A stretch of DNA of 64,000 nucleotides. It comes from Candidatus Alloenteromonas pullistercoris (lineage in GTDB: Bacteria > Bacillota_I > Bacilli_A > RFN20 > CAG-826). The notes under the pieces are model-generated. The model was given only the letters and a program-made list of their open reading frames with translations. It had not been told where the DNA came from and made no database searches. The DNA is taken from contig JADINA010000024.1 of NCBI GenBank assembly GCA_017694295.1, forward strand, positions 5,295 to 69,294, in the 5' to 3' direction. Positions 47,968 to 57,049 of the stretch are shown piece by piece. The position numbers and the translations under genes were made by a program. Numbering within the stretch: position 1 is the first letter of the stretch; each line of letters opens with the position of its first letter.

Positions 47968-48744
47968 ATGTCCATGGACAAGAAAGAAAAGGAAAAACAA
48001 AAGAGCATATCCCGCGTTTGGGGCGTTTGGAACATAGTCGAGGCCTTGCTTCTTGTGTGTTCCGGCGTTTTGTCGATCGTCATCGGGTCGATAAGCGAAA
48101 CCCCTGGCGAGCAAGGTCCGATCCAAACCGTTTTGGCGGTTGTGGTCGGGATCTTCATCGCCCTCGATGGCCTGCTTAGGATAATCATGGTTTTGTCCCG
48201 GCAAGCCAAAACCGAGCAATCGATAATGCTCATCGGGGGATTTGAGATAACAGCTGGCATCGTCGTGGCGATCATGCACCCGTATTTCGTCGGCATCATC
48301 GTCAATTTCCTCGGCGTCTTGCTTTTGGTGATCGGCCTTTTGTTCGTTTTGTTCTCGATTTTCTCCATCGCCAAGCGGTGGGAGAGGTTCTATATGCCGA
48401 TTTTGGAAATCGTCTTCGGGGCCATTTTGCTTTCCGTCGGCGTTTCCATCCTCATCCTTTATTATGGCTCGGACACCGCGGTGCAAAACCGCGTGACTCT
48501 GATAGTCATCGGGGCGGTCATGGGCATCGCCGGCCTCTCGCAATTCATCATCACCCTCATATCCCTTTCGAAGGCGAAGAAACAAAACTACGTCGTCCCA
48601 ATCGAGAACGTCGACGTCTTCGAATTCGACAAGGCGGAGGAAAAGGGGAAGAAAAAGGCCGTCAAAAAGGATATCATTGAGATACCCGCGGAGCCGGTTG
48701 ATGCAATCGAGCATAAAGACGGCCCCAGCGAAAAGGAGGATTGA
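47968..48744 (+). CDS. Multi-pass membrane protein (HdeD/DUF308-like), charged C-terminal tail
   Basis: About 6 hydrophobic segments; E.LLL..G.L and D.LLR motifs shared with the next gene. Confidence 0.7.
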   Translation: MSMDKKEKEKQKSISRVWGVWNIVEALLLVCSGVLSIVIGSISETPGEQGPIQTVLAVVVGIFIALDGLLRIIMVLSRQAKTEQSIMLIGGFEITAGIVVAIMHPYFVGIIVNFLGVLLLVIGLLFVLFSIFSIAKRWERFYMPILEIVFGAILLSVGVSILILYYGSDTAVQNRVTLIVIGAVMGIAGLSQFIITLISLSKAKKQNYVVPIENVDVFEFDKAEEKGKKKAVKKDIIEIPAEPVDAIEHKDGPSEKED

Positions 48745-48746
48745 AT

Positions 48747-49499
48747 ATGTTTAGAAAAGGAAAGGCCGGTTGGCTTACCCTCAACATCGTCGAAAGCGTA
48801 TTGCTTATCGCCGCCGGCGTTCTTTGCCTGGTGTTTTGCAATAACGAGGATTTCCAAAACGCCTGCATCCTGGCGGTTGGCATAATCGTCGTCTTGGACG
48901 CCTTGCTTCGCCTCGTCCTCGACGTCGTTTCGGTCGTCTCTTCGGGCGACGCGACTTTGATTAAGACAAGCTACGGCCAAGCCATCACCGGGTCGTTAGA
49001 ACTTGCAAGCGGCGCCATCCTCATCATGGTCGGGGCCAACAAGACCGACGCCGGCATCATCTTCGAATACCTTGGCTGGTTCATCGGCATATTGATGATC
49101 GTCTTGGGCATCATCCTTTGCGTTTACGCCGGCGTCTACATCGCCAAGAAAGCCGGGCCGGGCGGGAAAAACGTCGGCTTGCTCCTTGCCGGCCTCCTTC
49201 TTATCGCCGCCGGCATCTTAACCATCGTCTTCCTCACCAAGCAATCGACCATCCTCACCATCTTCTTCATCGTCTTTGGGCTTTGCCTGCTCCTTGCCGG
49301 CGGGCTAATGGCTTATCTAACGTTCGCCTACGTCAATGAGCTGAAGAAGCAAAAGAAGGCCGCGGAAACCGCCTCCAAGCCTGAGGGCGAAAAAGAAGAG
49401 GCCATCGAAGTCGAAGCTTCCGATGTTATAAGCGAAACCCCCAAAGACGAAGGCGACAATAAGCCAACAGAAGGGCAAAACGAAGAAAAAGACGCCTGA
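48747..49499 (+). CDS. Paralogous multi-pass membrane protein (HdeD/DUF308-like)
   Basis: NIVESVLLIAAGVL and DALLRL parallel the previous gene; SD AGGAGG. Confidence 0.7.
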   Translation: MFRKGKAGWLTLNIVESVLLIAAGVLCLVFCNNEDFQNACILAVGIIVVLDALLRLVLDVVSVVSSGDATLIKTSYGQAITGSLELASGAILIMVGANKTDAGIIFEYLGWFIGILMIVLGIILCVYAGVYIAKKAGPGGKNVGLLLAGLLLIAAGILTIVFLTKQSTILTIFFIVFGLCLLLAGGLMAYLTFAYVNELKKQKKAAETASKPEGEKEEAIEVEASDVISETPKDEGDNKPTEGQNEEKDA

Positions 49500-49514
49500 T
49501 TTGCGTCCTTTGCC

Positions 49515-50210
49515 ATGAAGATATCCGGCTGGGAGAAGCTTTCCCTCGTCGATTTCGACGATTACGTCTGCACGACCGTTTTCTGCGCAAGCTGCAACAT
49601 GCGCTGCCCATTTTGCCATAACGCCTTTTTGGTCCTCGGCGCCTCTTCCGCCCCCTCGATACCCTATGAGGAAGTGAGATCCTACCTAAGCAAGCGGAAG
49701 GGCATCCTTGAGGGCGTTTGCATCTCCGGCGGCGAGCCGACCCTTTCCCCGGATTTGCCTTCCGTCTTAAAAGACATTAAATCGCTTGGCTATAAGATAA
49801 AGCTCGACACCAACGGCTACCGTCCCGACGTGATTAAGGAATGCATCGATTCCGGTCTCGTCGATTATTTCGCCATGGACATAAAAAACTCCCCTTCGCT
49901 TTATGGGAAAACAGCCGGGATAGCCGATTTGGATATGAGCCGGATCGAAAATAGCGTTAACCTCATCATGCGTTGCGGCATCGAATACGAGTTCAGGACA
50001 ACCATCATCAAGGAATTCCATGACGCCCGTTCGATTGGGGAGGCGGCCATGCTCATCAAGGGGGCAAAAAAGTATTTCCTGCAGATGTACATCGATCGCG
50101 ACGGCTGCATTGAGCATGGTTTCCACGCCTTTTCCAAGGAAGAGGCCGAGGAACTTAGAATTGAGGCCTCCAAGCACGTGGAGAAGGCCTATCTTCGGAA
50201 TTACGATTGA
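49515..50210 (+). CDS. nrdG: Anaerobic RNR activating enzyme (radical SAM)
   Basis: CNMRCPFCHN, SGGEPT, KLDTNG, YEFRTT. nrdD nearby. Confidence 0.9.
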   Translation: MKISGWEKLSLVDFDDYVCTTVFCASCNMRCPFCHNAFLVLGASSAPSIPYEEVRSYLSKRKGILEGVCISGGEPTLSPDLPSVLKDIKSLGYKIKLDTNGYRPDVIKECIDSGLVDYFAMDIKNSPSLYGKTAGIADLDMSRIENSVNLIMRCGIEYEFRTTIIKEFHDARSIGEAAMLIKGAKKYFLQMYIDRDGCIEHGFHAFSKEEAEELRIEASKHVEKAYLRNYD

Positions 50211-51112
50211 TATTGGTCGATATACGATCTGGCCGAGATGGCGGCGATGGCCCCATCGGAAATGGCGGTTACGACCTGGCGCGATTTTTTCTCGCGGCAA
50301 TCGCCGACCGCGTAAATCCCCGGCGTCTTCGTTTGCATGTTCTCATCGACTACGGCATAGCCGTTTTTTAGCTCGATAAGGTTGGAGAAAGATTCAAGTT
50401 CCGGCTTTTGCCCGATGGCGACGAACGCCCCGTCGGCCTCTATGACCTTCGTTTGTCCGCTTTCCCTATCAAGGAAGGAAACGGCCTTCAGTTCCTTTTC
50501 CCCGATGAACTCCTTCGATTCCATGTTGTGTATGACCTCGACGTTATGAAGGCTTAGCATCCTGTCGACGATGACTTTGTCGGCGAAGAATCTGTCGAAT
50601 ATGGTTATCACCGTCACCTTGTTGCATATGTTGGAAAGCTCGATCGCGTATTGGACCGCCGAGTTGCCATCCCCGATTACCAAGACGTTTTGCCCTTTGT
50701 AGAAGGGGCCATCGCAGGTGGCGCAATAGGAGATGCCGTGTCCGATTAGCTTATCCTCGTTTGGGATTCCAAGCTTTTTGTGGTGGCATCCGGCGGCGAT
50801 GATGACTGTTTTGGCTTGGGCAAGGCTTCCGTAATCGACCTCGAAGCCGCCTTCTTGAAGCTTCTTAACGCTTTTCGCCTCGCCGAAATCGAAGTTGACC
50901 CCGAGTTCGCTTACCTGGTCGAAAGCCCGATCGGCCCATTCTATCCCGGAGATCGTTTTGCTGGCCGGGTAGTTCTCCAGTCGCGGCGAGGTGGCGATCT
51001 GCCCGCCTATGCCCTCTTTCTCAAGCAAGAGGACGGATTTGCCCGAGCGAAGGAGGTAGAGGGCGCTGGTTAGCCCGGCGGGGCCGGCTCCGATGATTAT
51101 CGCGTCATGCAT
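50201..51112 (-). CDS. trxB: Thioredoxin reductase
   Basis: GAGPAG, CATCDG, GDGNSA, YAVGD. Confidence 0.93.
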   Translation of the reverse strand: MHDAIIIGAGPAGLTSALYLLRSGKSVLLLEKEGIGGQIATSPRLENYPASKTISGIEWADRAFDQVSELGVNFDFGEAKSVKKLQEGGFEVDYGSLAQAKTVIIAAGCHHKKLGIPNEDKLIGHGISYCATCDGPFYKGQNVLVIGDGNSAVQYAIELSNICNKVTVITIFDRFFADKVIVDRMLSLHNVEVIHNMESKEFIGEKELKAVSFLDRESGQTKVIEADGAFVAIGQKPELESFSNLIELKNGYAVVDENMQTKTPGIYAVGDCREKKSRQVVTAISDGAIAAISARSYIDQYQS

Positions 51113-51170
51113 TGTCTTTTCTCCTTTATGAACGCAAAAGGCCCCTTCTTTTATGAAGAGGCCATTGCCG

Positions 51171-53549
51171 TTAGTTGGCTTTCTTCGAATCGATGTAGCC
51201 TTTGATGAGGGAGGCGTTATCGTAAGTCAGGTAGGATTCGCCGTTGGGGACGACGAGGGTCGGGGCGTTTTTGATGCCATAGGCCTTGGTCGTCTCGGCG
51301 TTGGAGGAGGCGTCGATTTGATGGTAATGGATGCCCGACTTATCAAGCATCATCTTCGCCATCTTGCAGTTGGGGCAGGTGGGGGAGGTGAACAGGAGGA
51401 TCTCGTCGAGCTTGGGGGCCTCTTTCTTCTCCTCACCTAATTGGCAGCATGCCCCGTCGTGGACGTGGACGTCGCTGCTGGAGGCCATGTCGTAGGTTTT
51501 CCTCATCTTGAATTCCTGCGATTTGCCGGCGTTCCAGTTCTTGACGGGCCGGTAGTAGCCGGTGATGCGGGAATAGACCTCGGTTTCCTTGCCACAGATG
51601 GGGCATTTGTATTCCTCGCCGTTGATGTAGCCATGGTCGGCGCACACCGAATAGGTGGGGGACATGGTGTAGTAGGGGAGTTTGTAGTTTTCGGCGATCT
51701 TGCGGACGAGCTTCATGCAGGACTCATAGTTGGGGAGCCGCTGGCCCAAGAAGGCATGGAAGACGGTCCCGGAGGTGTAGAGGGTTTGGAACTGATCCTC
51801 GATGTCGAGGGCTTCGAAGATATCGGAGGTGAAGCCAACGGGAAGGTGGCTGGAGTTGGTGTAGAAGGGGGTGTCGCCGTCTTTGGAGGCGGTGATGATG
51901 TCCGGGTAGCGTTCCTTGTCGTGCTTGGCAAGGCGGTAGGCGGTCGATTCGGCCGGGGTCGCCTCAAGGTTGTAGAGGTCGCCGTATTTCTCCTGGTAAT
52001 CGGAGAGGCGGGTCCGCATGTGGTTGAGGACCTCGACGGTGAATTCCTGGGCTTCCTTGTGGGTCAAGTCGGCTTTGATCCAGCGGGCGTTGAGGCAAGC
52101 CTCGTTCATGCCGACTAGGCCAATGGTCGAGAAATGGTTGTTGAAGGTGCCAAGGTAATGCTTGGTGTAGGGGTAAAGCCCGGCTTCAAGCAATTTGGAG
52201 ATGGTGTTCCGCTTGACCTTGAGCGAGCGGGCCGAGATGTCCATGAGGCGGTCAAGGCGATTGTAGAAATCGTCCTTATCGGTCGCCAGATAGGCAAGAC
52301 GCGGCATATTGAGGGTGACGACGCCGACAGAGCCGGTCGATTCGCCAGAGCCGAAGTATCCGCCGCTTTTCTTGCGCAGCTCGCGCAAATCAAGCCTAAG
52401 CCGGCAGCACATCGAGCGGACGTCGCTTGGCTTCATGTCCGAGTTGATGTAGTTGGAGAAGTAGGGGGTGCCGTATTTGGCGGTCATGGTGAATAGGAGG
52501 CGGTTGTTCTCGGTGTCCGACCAATCGAAGTCCTTGGTGATGGAATAGGTCGGGATCGGGTATTGGAAGCCGCGGCCGTTGGCATCGCCTTCGATCATGG
52601 TTTCGATGAAGGCCTTGTTGACCATCGCCATCTCTTCCTTGCATTCCCCGTAGGTGAAGTCCATTTCCTTTCCGCCGACGATGGCCGGGAGGTTGGCCAT
52701 GTCATCGGGGACGGTCCAGTCGAGGGTGATGTTGGTAAAAGGCGACTGGGTGCCCCAGCGGGACGGGGTGTTGACGCCGTAGATGAACGACTGGATGCAT
52801 TGCTTTACCTCTTTATAGGAGAGGTGGTCGGCCTTGACGAAGGGGGCGAGGTAGGTGTCGAAGGAAGAGAACGCCTGGGCGCCGGCCCACTCGTTTTGCA
52901 TGATGCCGAGGAAGTTGACCATTTGGTTGCAAAGGGTCATGAGGTGGCGGGCCGGGGAAGAGGTGATCTTGCCAGGGACCCCGCCAAGTCCTTGCTGGAT
53001 GAGCTGCTTAAGGCTCCAGCCGGCGCAATAGCCGGTGAGCATCGAGAGGTCGTGGATGTGGATATCGGCGTTGCGGTGGGCATCGGCGATTTCCTTATCG
53101 TAAACCTCGGAAAGCCAATAGTTGGCGGTGACGGCGCCGGAATTGGAGAGGATGAGGCCGCCGACCGAATAGGTGACGGTCGAGTTTTCCTTGACGCGCC
53201 AATCGGCAACCTTCAAATACGAATCGACGACGTTTTTGAAGTCGAGGGTGGTGCTTTTGACGTTGCGGATGGCCGCCCTTTTGTTGCGGTAATCCATATA
53301 GGATTTGGCGACATCGATGTAGCCGGCCTGAATCAAGACGATTTCAACCGCGTCTTGGATGTCCTCAACGCCGATTTGCTCGTTTTTGATCTTGGAGTTG
53401 AAGACCGAGGTGACGCGCAGAGCCAAAAGCTCGAGCACATCCTCGGTTATCGATTTGTTCTCCGCGGTGAAAGCCCGGGAAATGGCGTTTTCGATTTTTT
53501 TCAGGTCGAATGGAACCAGGTTTCCATCTCTTTTGATTACTTGAAGCAT
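51171..53549 (-). CDS. nrdD: Class III (anaerobic) ribonucleotide reductase with ATP-cone and fused C-terminal glutaredoxin/NrdH-like domain
   Basis: VIKRDG ATP-cone; HIHDL; SMCCRL; EATPAES; C..H...CPIC Zn site; YSRITGYY glycyl site; C-terminal FTSPTCPNC...APTL. Confidence 0.95.
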   Translation of the reverse strand: MLQVIKRDGNLVPFDLKKIENAISRAFTAENKSITEDVLELLALRVTSVFNSKIKNEQIGVEDIQDAVEIVLIQAGYIDVAKSYMDYRNKRAAIRNVKSTTLDFKNVVDSYLKVADWRVKENSTVTYSVGGLILSNSGAVTANYWLSEVYDKEIADAHRNADIHIHDLSMLTGYCAGWSLKQLIQQGLGGVPGKITSSPARHLMTLCNQMVNFLGIMQNEWAGAQAFSSFDTYLAPFVKADHLSYKEVKQCIQSFIYGVNTPSRWGTQSPFTNITLDWTVPDDMANLPAIVGGKEMDFTYGECKEEMAMVNKAFIETMIEGDANGRGFQYPIPTYSITKDFDWSDTENNRLLFTMTAKYGTPYFSNYINSDMKPSDVRSMCCRLRLDLRELRKKSGGYFGSGESTGSVGVVTLNMPRLAYLATDKDDFYNRLDRLMDISARSLKVKRNTISKLLEAGLYPYTKHYLGTFNNHFSTIGLVGMNEACLNARWIKADLTHKEAQEFTVEVLNHMRTRLSDYQEKYGDLYNLEATPAESTAYRLAKHDKERYPDIITASKDGDTPFYTNSSHLPVGFTSDIFEALDIEDQFQTLYTSGTVFHAFLGQRLPNYESCMKLVRKIAENYKLPYYTMSPTYSVCADHGYINGEEYKCPICGKETEVYSRITGYYRPVKNWNAGKSQEFKMRKTYDMASSSDVHVHDGACCQLGEEKKEAPKLDEILLFTSPTCPNCKMAKMMLDKSGIHYHQIDASSNAETTKAYGIKNAPTLVVPNGESYLTYDNASLIKGYIDSKKAN

Positions 53550-53943
53550 ACTTTCTCCTCGCTTTGCCCGCCGCCGTTATTAAAGCCCATTGCCTAGATG
53601 AATGGGGCCAGACCGGTTTTGGGGTCGTGCGGGGTACATTTTAGGTAAGAAAAATTTAAGTGCAAGCAATATGCTTCTCGAATTTCGCGGGTTTGTTTTT
53701 CCCTCTCTTTTTTCCCTTGAATTTTGAAAACGCCGACCCAATCGGAAGAAGAAAAAATAATTAGTAGTTTATTGGTGTCAATTTCACCTTAGGCTATTGA
53801 TTTGGGTTGTTCAAAATATTTGACAGTGTACAGTTTTATTAAAATAAAGCCGATAGAATCGTTATTTTTTGTTGTTAAAGAAAACGACCTGATTTCAGGC
53901 CGAATTCAAAAACGGGCAAATCGTTTTGTTTTTCCTCGGTTTC

Positions 53944-54696
53944 CTAGCCAAGGAAGAAATTCATGACCGCGGTATAGCCCAAATCGGTCGTGATGAACCA
54001 TTTGGCGATGCCAAAGCCCTCTTGCCCCAAGCCAATCGAGTTGGCTAAATAGTTGCCCCAGTCGGAGCCGCTTGAAATAAGAAGGTTGGCCACCAAGGAG
54101 ATGACCCAGCAGACGGCGAAGGCCTTCGCGGCCCCAAGGGCCAAGCCAAGCAGGCGGGAAAGCATCGTTGGCTTCGATTTCCCTTTCTTAAGGAGGAGGC
54201 AAATGACCCAGACGATCAACCGGAGGACGATGAAGCCGATTATGAAGATCAGAAGGTAGGACAAACCGGTGAGGAAGAGCCCGGTGAGCGAGGTGGCGAC
54301 GCTGCTGGCGATCGAATCAAGCGGGGCATCCTCGATTTGGGCCATGATCGCTTTATCGAAGGCCTCATAGGCGAATTCGGGTATGTGGAGGGCCTCATAG
54401 ATCGTGTGGAGGCCGCCGCTGGTTATCCCGCCTGGCAGGTTCGCCCAATCGACCGCTTCGTTGATGGCGGTCTCCAAGTAAGTGTCTATGCCTACGCCTA
54501 ATCTAGAGCCAATAAGGGCGTCGGCGATAGGTTTGGACAAAAGGAAGCACAACCCGATGGCCCCGGCCATGCAGGCGATGGTGAAGACGGTTTTCATCCC
54601 GCCTTTCCAAAACCCGATGAGCAAGGAGAGGACAATGATGATGACGAAGACGACAGATAGCCAATCGAATACTTTATCCGCAAATACGTTGAACAT
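53944..54696 (-). CDS. CvpA (colicin V production)-family membrane protein
   Basis: D......I......GF.KG N-terminus; RLLG..LGA.K motif. Confidence 0.7.
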   Translation of the reverse strand: MFNVFADKVFDWLSVVFVIIIVLSLLIGFWKGGMKTVFTIACMAGAIGLCFLLSKPIADALIGSRLGVGIDTYLETAINEAVDWANLPGGITSGGLHTIYEALHIPEFAYEAFDKAIMAQIEDAPLDSIASSVATSLTGLFLTGLSYLLIFIIGFIVLRLIVWVICLLLKKGKSKPTMLSRLLGLALGAAKAFAVCWVISLVANLLISSGSDWGNYLANSIGLGQEGFGIAKWFITTDLGYTAVMNFFLG

Positions 54697-54922
54697 GTTT
54701 TCCTCGTTTTCCTCCTGACAAAAGCAATTATTCAGCCTGAAGTCTATTAAAGCAATATCTTTTTGAATATCGGCGATTTGCGAGAATTAATAGAGATTTG
54801 TGAGCCTTTTGCGAATACTTCTTAATTACTTGGTAATCGCTTTTATCATTTCCTGTGCCATTGGCTCTTAACTAAGAAGGTAAGACAAGGCAAAATACAC
54901 CCGTCTATAAAAGGAGGGCCTT

Positions 54923-55582
54923 ATGGCCAAGAAAAACAAAGATTTAACGAAGTCCGCCAAATCCGTTTGGTCGGAGTTCAAAGCCTTCATCTCCCGCGGC
55001 AACATCCTCGATATGGCGGTCGGCGTCATCATCGGCGGCGCGTTCAATGCCATCGTCACCGCGTTTACCTCGATCCTCATGTCGATTTGCACCTGGGGAG
55101 TCCCCGGCGGCCTCTCTGGATTGGTAACCGTCCTACCTCCGGCTTCCGCCTCCCAACGCGTTCCTTCCGACATCACCGTCGGCGGGGAATCCCTTAAGCA
55201 GGTTTACACCGCCATCGAGTGGGTGAACCTTTCCCAGGAAGCCGATTTCAACACCACGATCGCCGGCATGTACACCAAACACGGCGCCTCCTATTACTAC
55301 AATGGGGCTGCCATCATCGATTGGGGCGCCTTCATAAACGCCATCATCGCCTTCTTGATCATCGCCCTCACCTTGTTCGTCATCGTCAAGGTGTTCAAAT
55401 ACATGTCCGTTAAGCGGGAAGCCCTCAAAGCCAAAGCCCTTGAGGAATATTACCAAAAGCATCCCGAGGAACGCCCCGTCCCTCCCGAACCCGAACCGGC
55501 CAAACCGACTCAGGAGGAGTTATTGACCGCCATCCTCGAAGAGCTTAAAAAAGGCAATGGCGATCCGACGCCTAAACAATAA
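54923..55582 (+). CDS. mscL: Large-conductance mechanosensitive channel with enlarged external loop
   Basis: EFKAFI.RGN.LDMAVGVIIGGAF; G.F.NAII.FLI; LL..IL.ELK. SD AAGGAGG. Confidence 0.92.
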   Translation: MAKKNKDLTKSAKSVWSEFKAFISRGNILDMAVGVIIGGAFNAIVTAFTSILMSICTWGVPGGLSGLVTVLPPASASQRVPSDITVGGESLKQVYTAIEWVNLSQEADFNTTIAGMYTKHGASYYYNGAAIIDWGAFINAIIAFLIIALTLFVIVKVFKYMSVKREALKAKALEEYYQKHPEERPVPPEPEPAKPTQEELLTAILEELKKGNGDPTPKQ

Positions 55583-55600
55583 GCCGATTAAAGAGGAATA

Positions 55601-55642
55601 AACCAAGCCCCGGCGCTTCAAGGCGCATCGGGGTTTTTCTTT
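55601..55642 (+). terminator. Intrinsic terminator after mscL
   Basis: CCCCGGCGC-ttcaag-GCGCATCGGGG followed by a T-run. Confidence 0.7.
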
Positions 55643-55900
55643 TCTGCAATTTTGAATATTGCAAAAGGGATCAAGACGTTGTCTATTGTCTTCTCGTTAT
55701 CGAAGATGAGCTGATCTAGCGGGCAACAGGAAACATATTCCTCGGCATATCTTTCCAAGTCATTTCAGCTTAGGGCTTCGCCATTTAGCTTAAGGGCGCC
55801 TTCAAACGATCTATCGCGGCCGGAAAGCATGGAGAGCAAAGTCGTTTTCCCCGTTCCGTTTTCCCGCGGAGGATGAACAAACCTCTTGATGGCAAATGCC
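55640..55900 (-). pseudogene. ABC-transporter ATPase gene remnant
   Basis: ENGTGKTTLLSMLSGRDRSFEG (decayed Walker A), in-frame TGA, then ...DQLIFDNEKTIDNVLIPF; no signature or Walker B. Confidence 0.65.
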
Positions 55901-55960
55901 CGCTCTCCTTCGCCTTTGTTTTGTTTGTCTTTGTTCAATAGGGTAAAATCCGCCATTGAT

Positions 55961-57049
55961 ATGAGAAGCGTTAATTTTGAAAAGATAACAAACTTCCGTG
56001 ATTTAGGTGGATACGAATCCCGTTATGGCGAAACGAGCTTTGGGGTGCTTTATCGCTCGGGAAGGCTTTACGGGGCTTCCAAATCCGATTTAAGGAAGCT
56101 TTCATCCATTGGATTAAAAACCATCATCGACATACGCGATGACGAAGCCAAATCCCAATGCCCCGACCCGATTGTCGAAGGGGTGCGCTTTATATCGCTT
56201 CCGGTCAATGGCAACGGCCGCATCCCCGTTGACCAAGACGACCAAGTCGATAGCTATCTTGAGATGCTTGAAGAGCCAAAGCAAGCCCGCGACGTTTTCC
56301 TTGCCTTGCTTAATTGCGAGAAACCGGCTCTTATCCATTGCAATGCCGGAAAGGACAGGACCGGGGTTTTCGTTTCCCTTCTTTTGCTTTTAAACGGCGT
56401 CAGCTTCAATGACGTCAACGCCGATTACATGGCTTCCTTTGCCTATTTGCTTGAGCTTGAGCGGCATGTTAAGGACGGGCTGACCGATATCCCCCCTTTC
56501 ATCATCGTTCCCGATCCATTTTATTTTGAAAGGTTTTATTCCGTCTTTTTGGAACGATACGGCTCGATTGAGGGTTATTTGGAGGCCATCGGTTTAAATG
56601 AGGATGACATCAAGGCCCTCGCCTCTTTGCTGGGGAAGCAGGAAAAATCCTGCGGCGCCGTCTTATTCAAAGATGGTAAGGTGCTAATCGAGCATATGGC
56701 TATGGGCCATTATTCGATACCCAAGGGCCATGTCGAAAGCTTCGATCTATCCGAAACCGATACTGCCAAAAGGGAAATAGAGGAAGAGCTCGGCCTTAAG
56801 GCGGAGATAATCCCTGGGTTTAGGGAAAGGATTGTCTATTCCCCAAGCGATGGGACAATCAAAGAAGTTGTCTTTTATTGCGCTAAAGCCAAAGACGGTG
56901 AGTTAACCCTTCAAAAAGAGGAAGTCGCCGACGCCTATTGGCTTTCGCCTGCCGACGCGATGAGGGTGCTAAGCCATGATAGCGATCGCCATATCGTCGC
57001 CAAAGCCAGCTATTTCGAAGCCGGCCCGAACGTCAAGAAGGTCAGCTGA
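55961..57049 (+). CDS. Fusion: Cys-dependent (PTP/DSP-like) phosphatase + Nudix hydrolase
   Basis: NFRDLGG, YRSG.L, HCNAGKDRTG (CX5R); then KSCGAV, PKGHVE...AKREIEEELGL. Confidence 0.88.
   Translation: MRSVNFEKITNFRDLGGYESRYGETSFGVLYRSGRLYGASKSDLRKLSSIGLKTIIDIRDDEAKSQCPDPIVEGVRFISLPVNGNGRIPVDQDDQVDSYLEMLEEPKQARDVFLALLNCEKPALIHCNAGKDRTGVFVSLLLLLNGVSFNDVNADYMASFAYLLELERHVKDGLTDIPPFIIVPDPFYFERFYSVFLERYGSIEGYLEAIGLNEDDIKALASLLGKQEKSCGAVLFKDGKVLIEHMAMGHYSIPKGHVESFDLSETDTAKREIEEELGLKAEIIPGFRERIVYSPSDGTIKEVVFYCAKAKDGELTLQKEEVADAYWLSPADAMRVLSHDSDRHIVAKASYFEAGPNVKKVS

Noticed and set aside
47886-48374. Long N-terminal extension of the M29 aminopeptidase
   Set aside because: It is the antisense of the membrane-protein gene; homology starts at MKQALL.
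53550-53943. NrdR, Rex or FNR boxes upstream of nrdD
   Set aside because: Only partial matches (for example CCCCATTCATCTAGG, AAGCAATATGCTT); none fits consensus well enough by eye.
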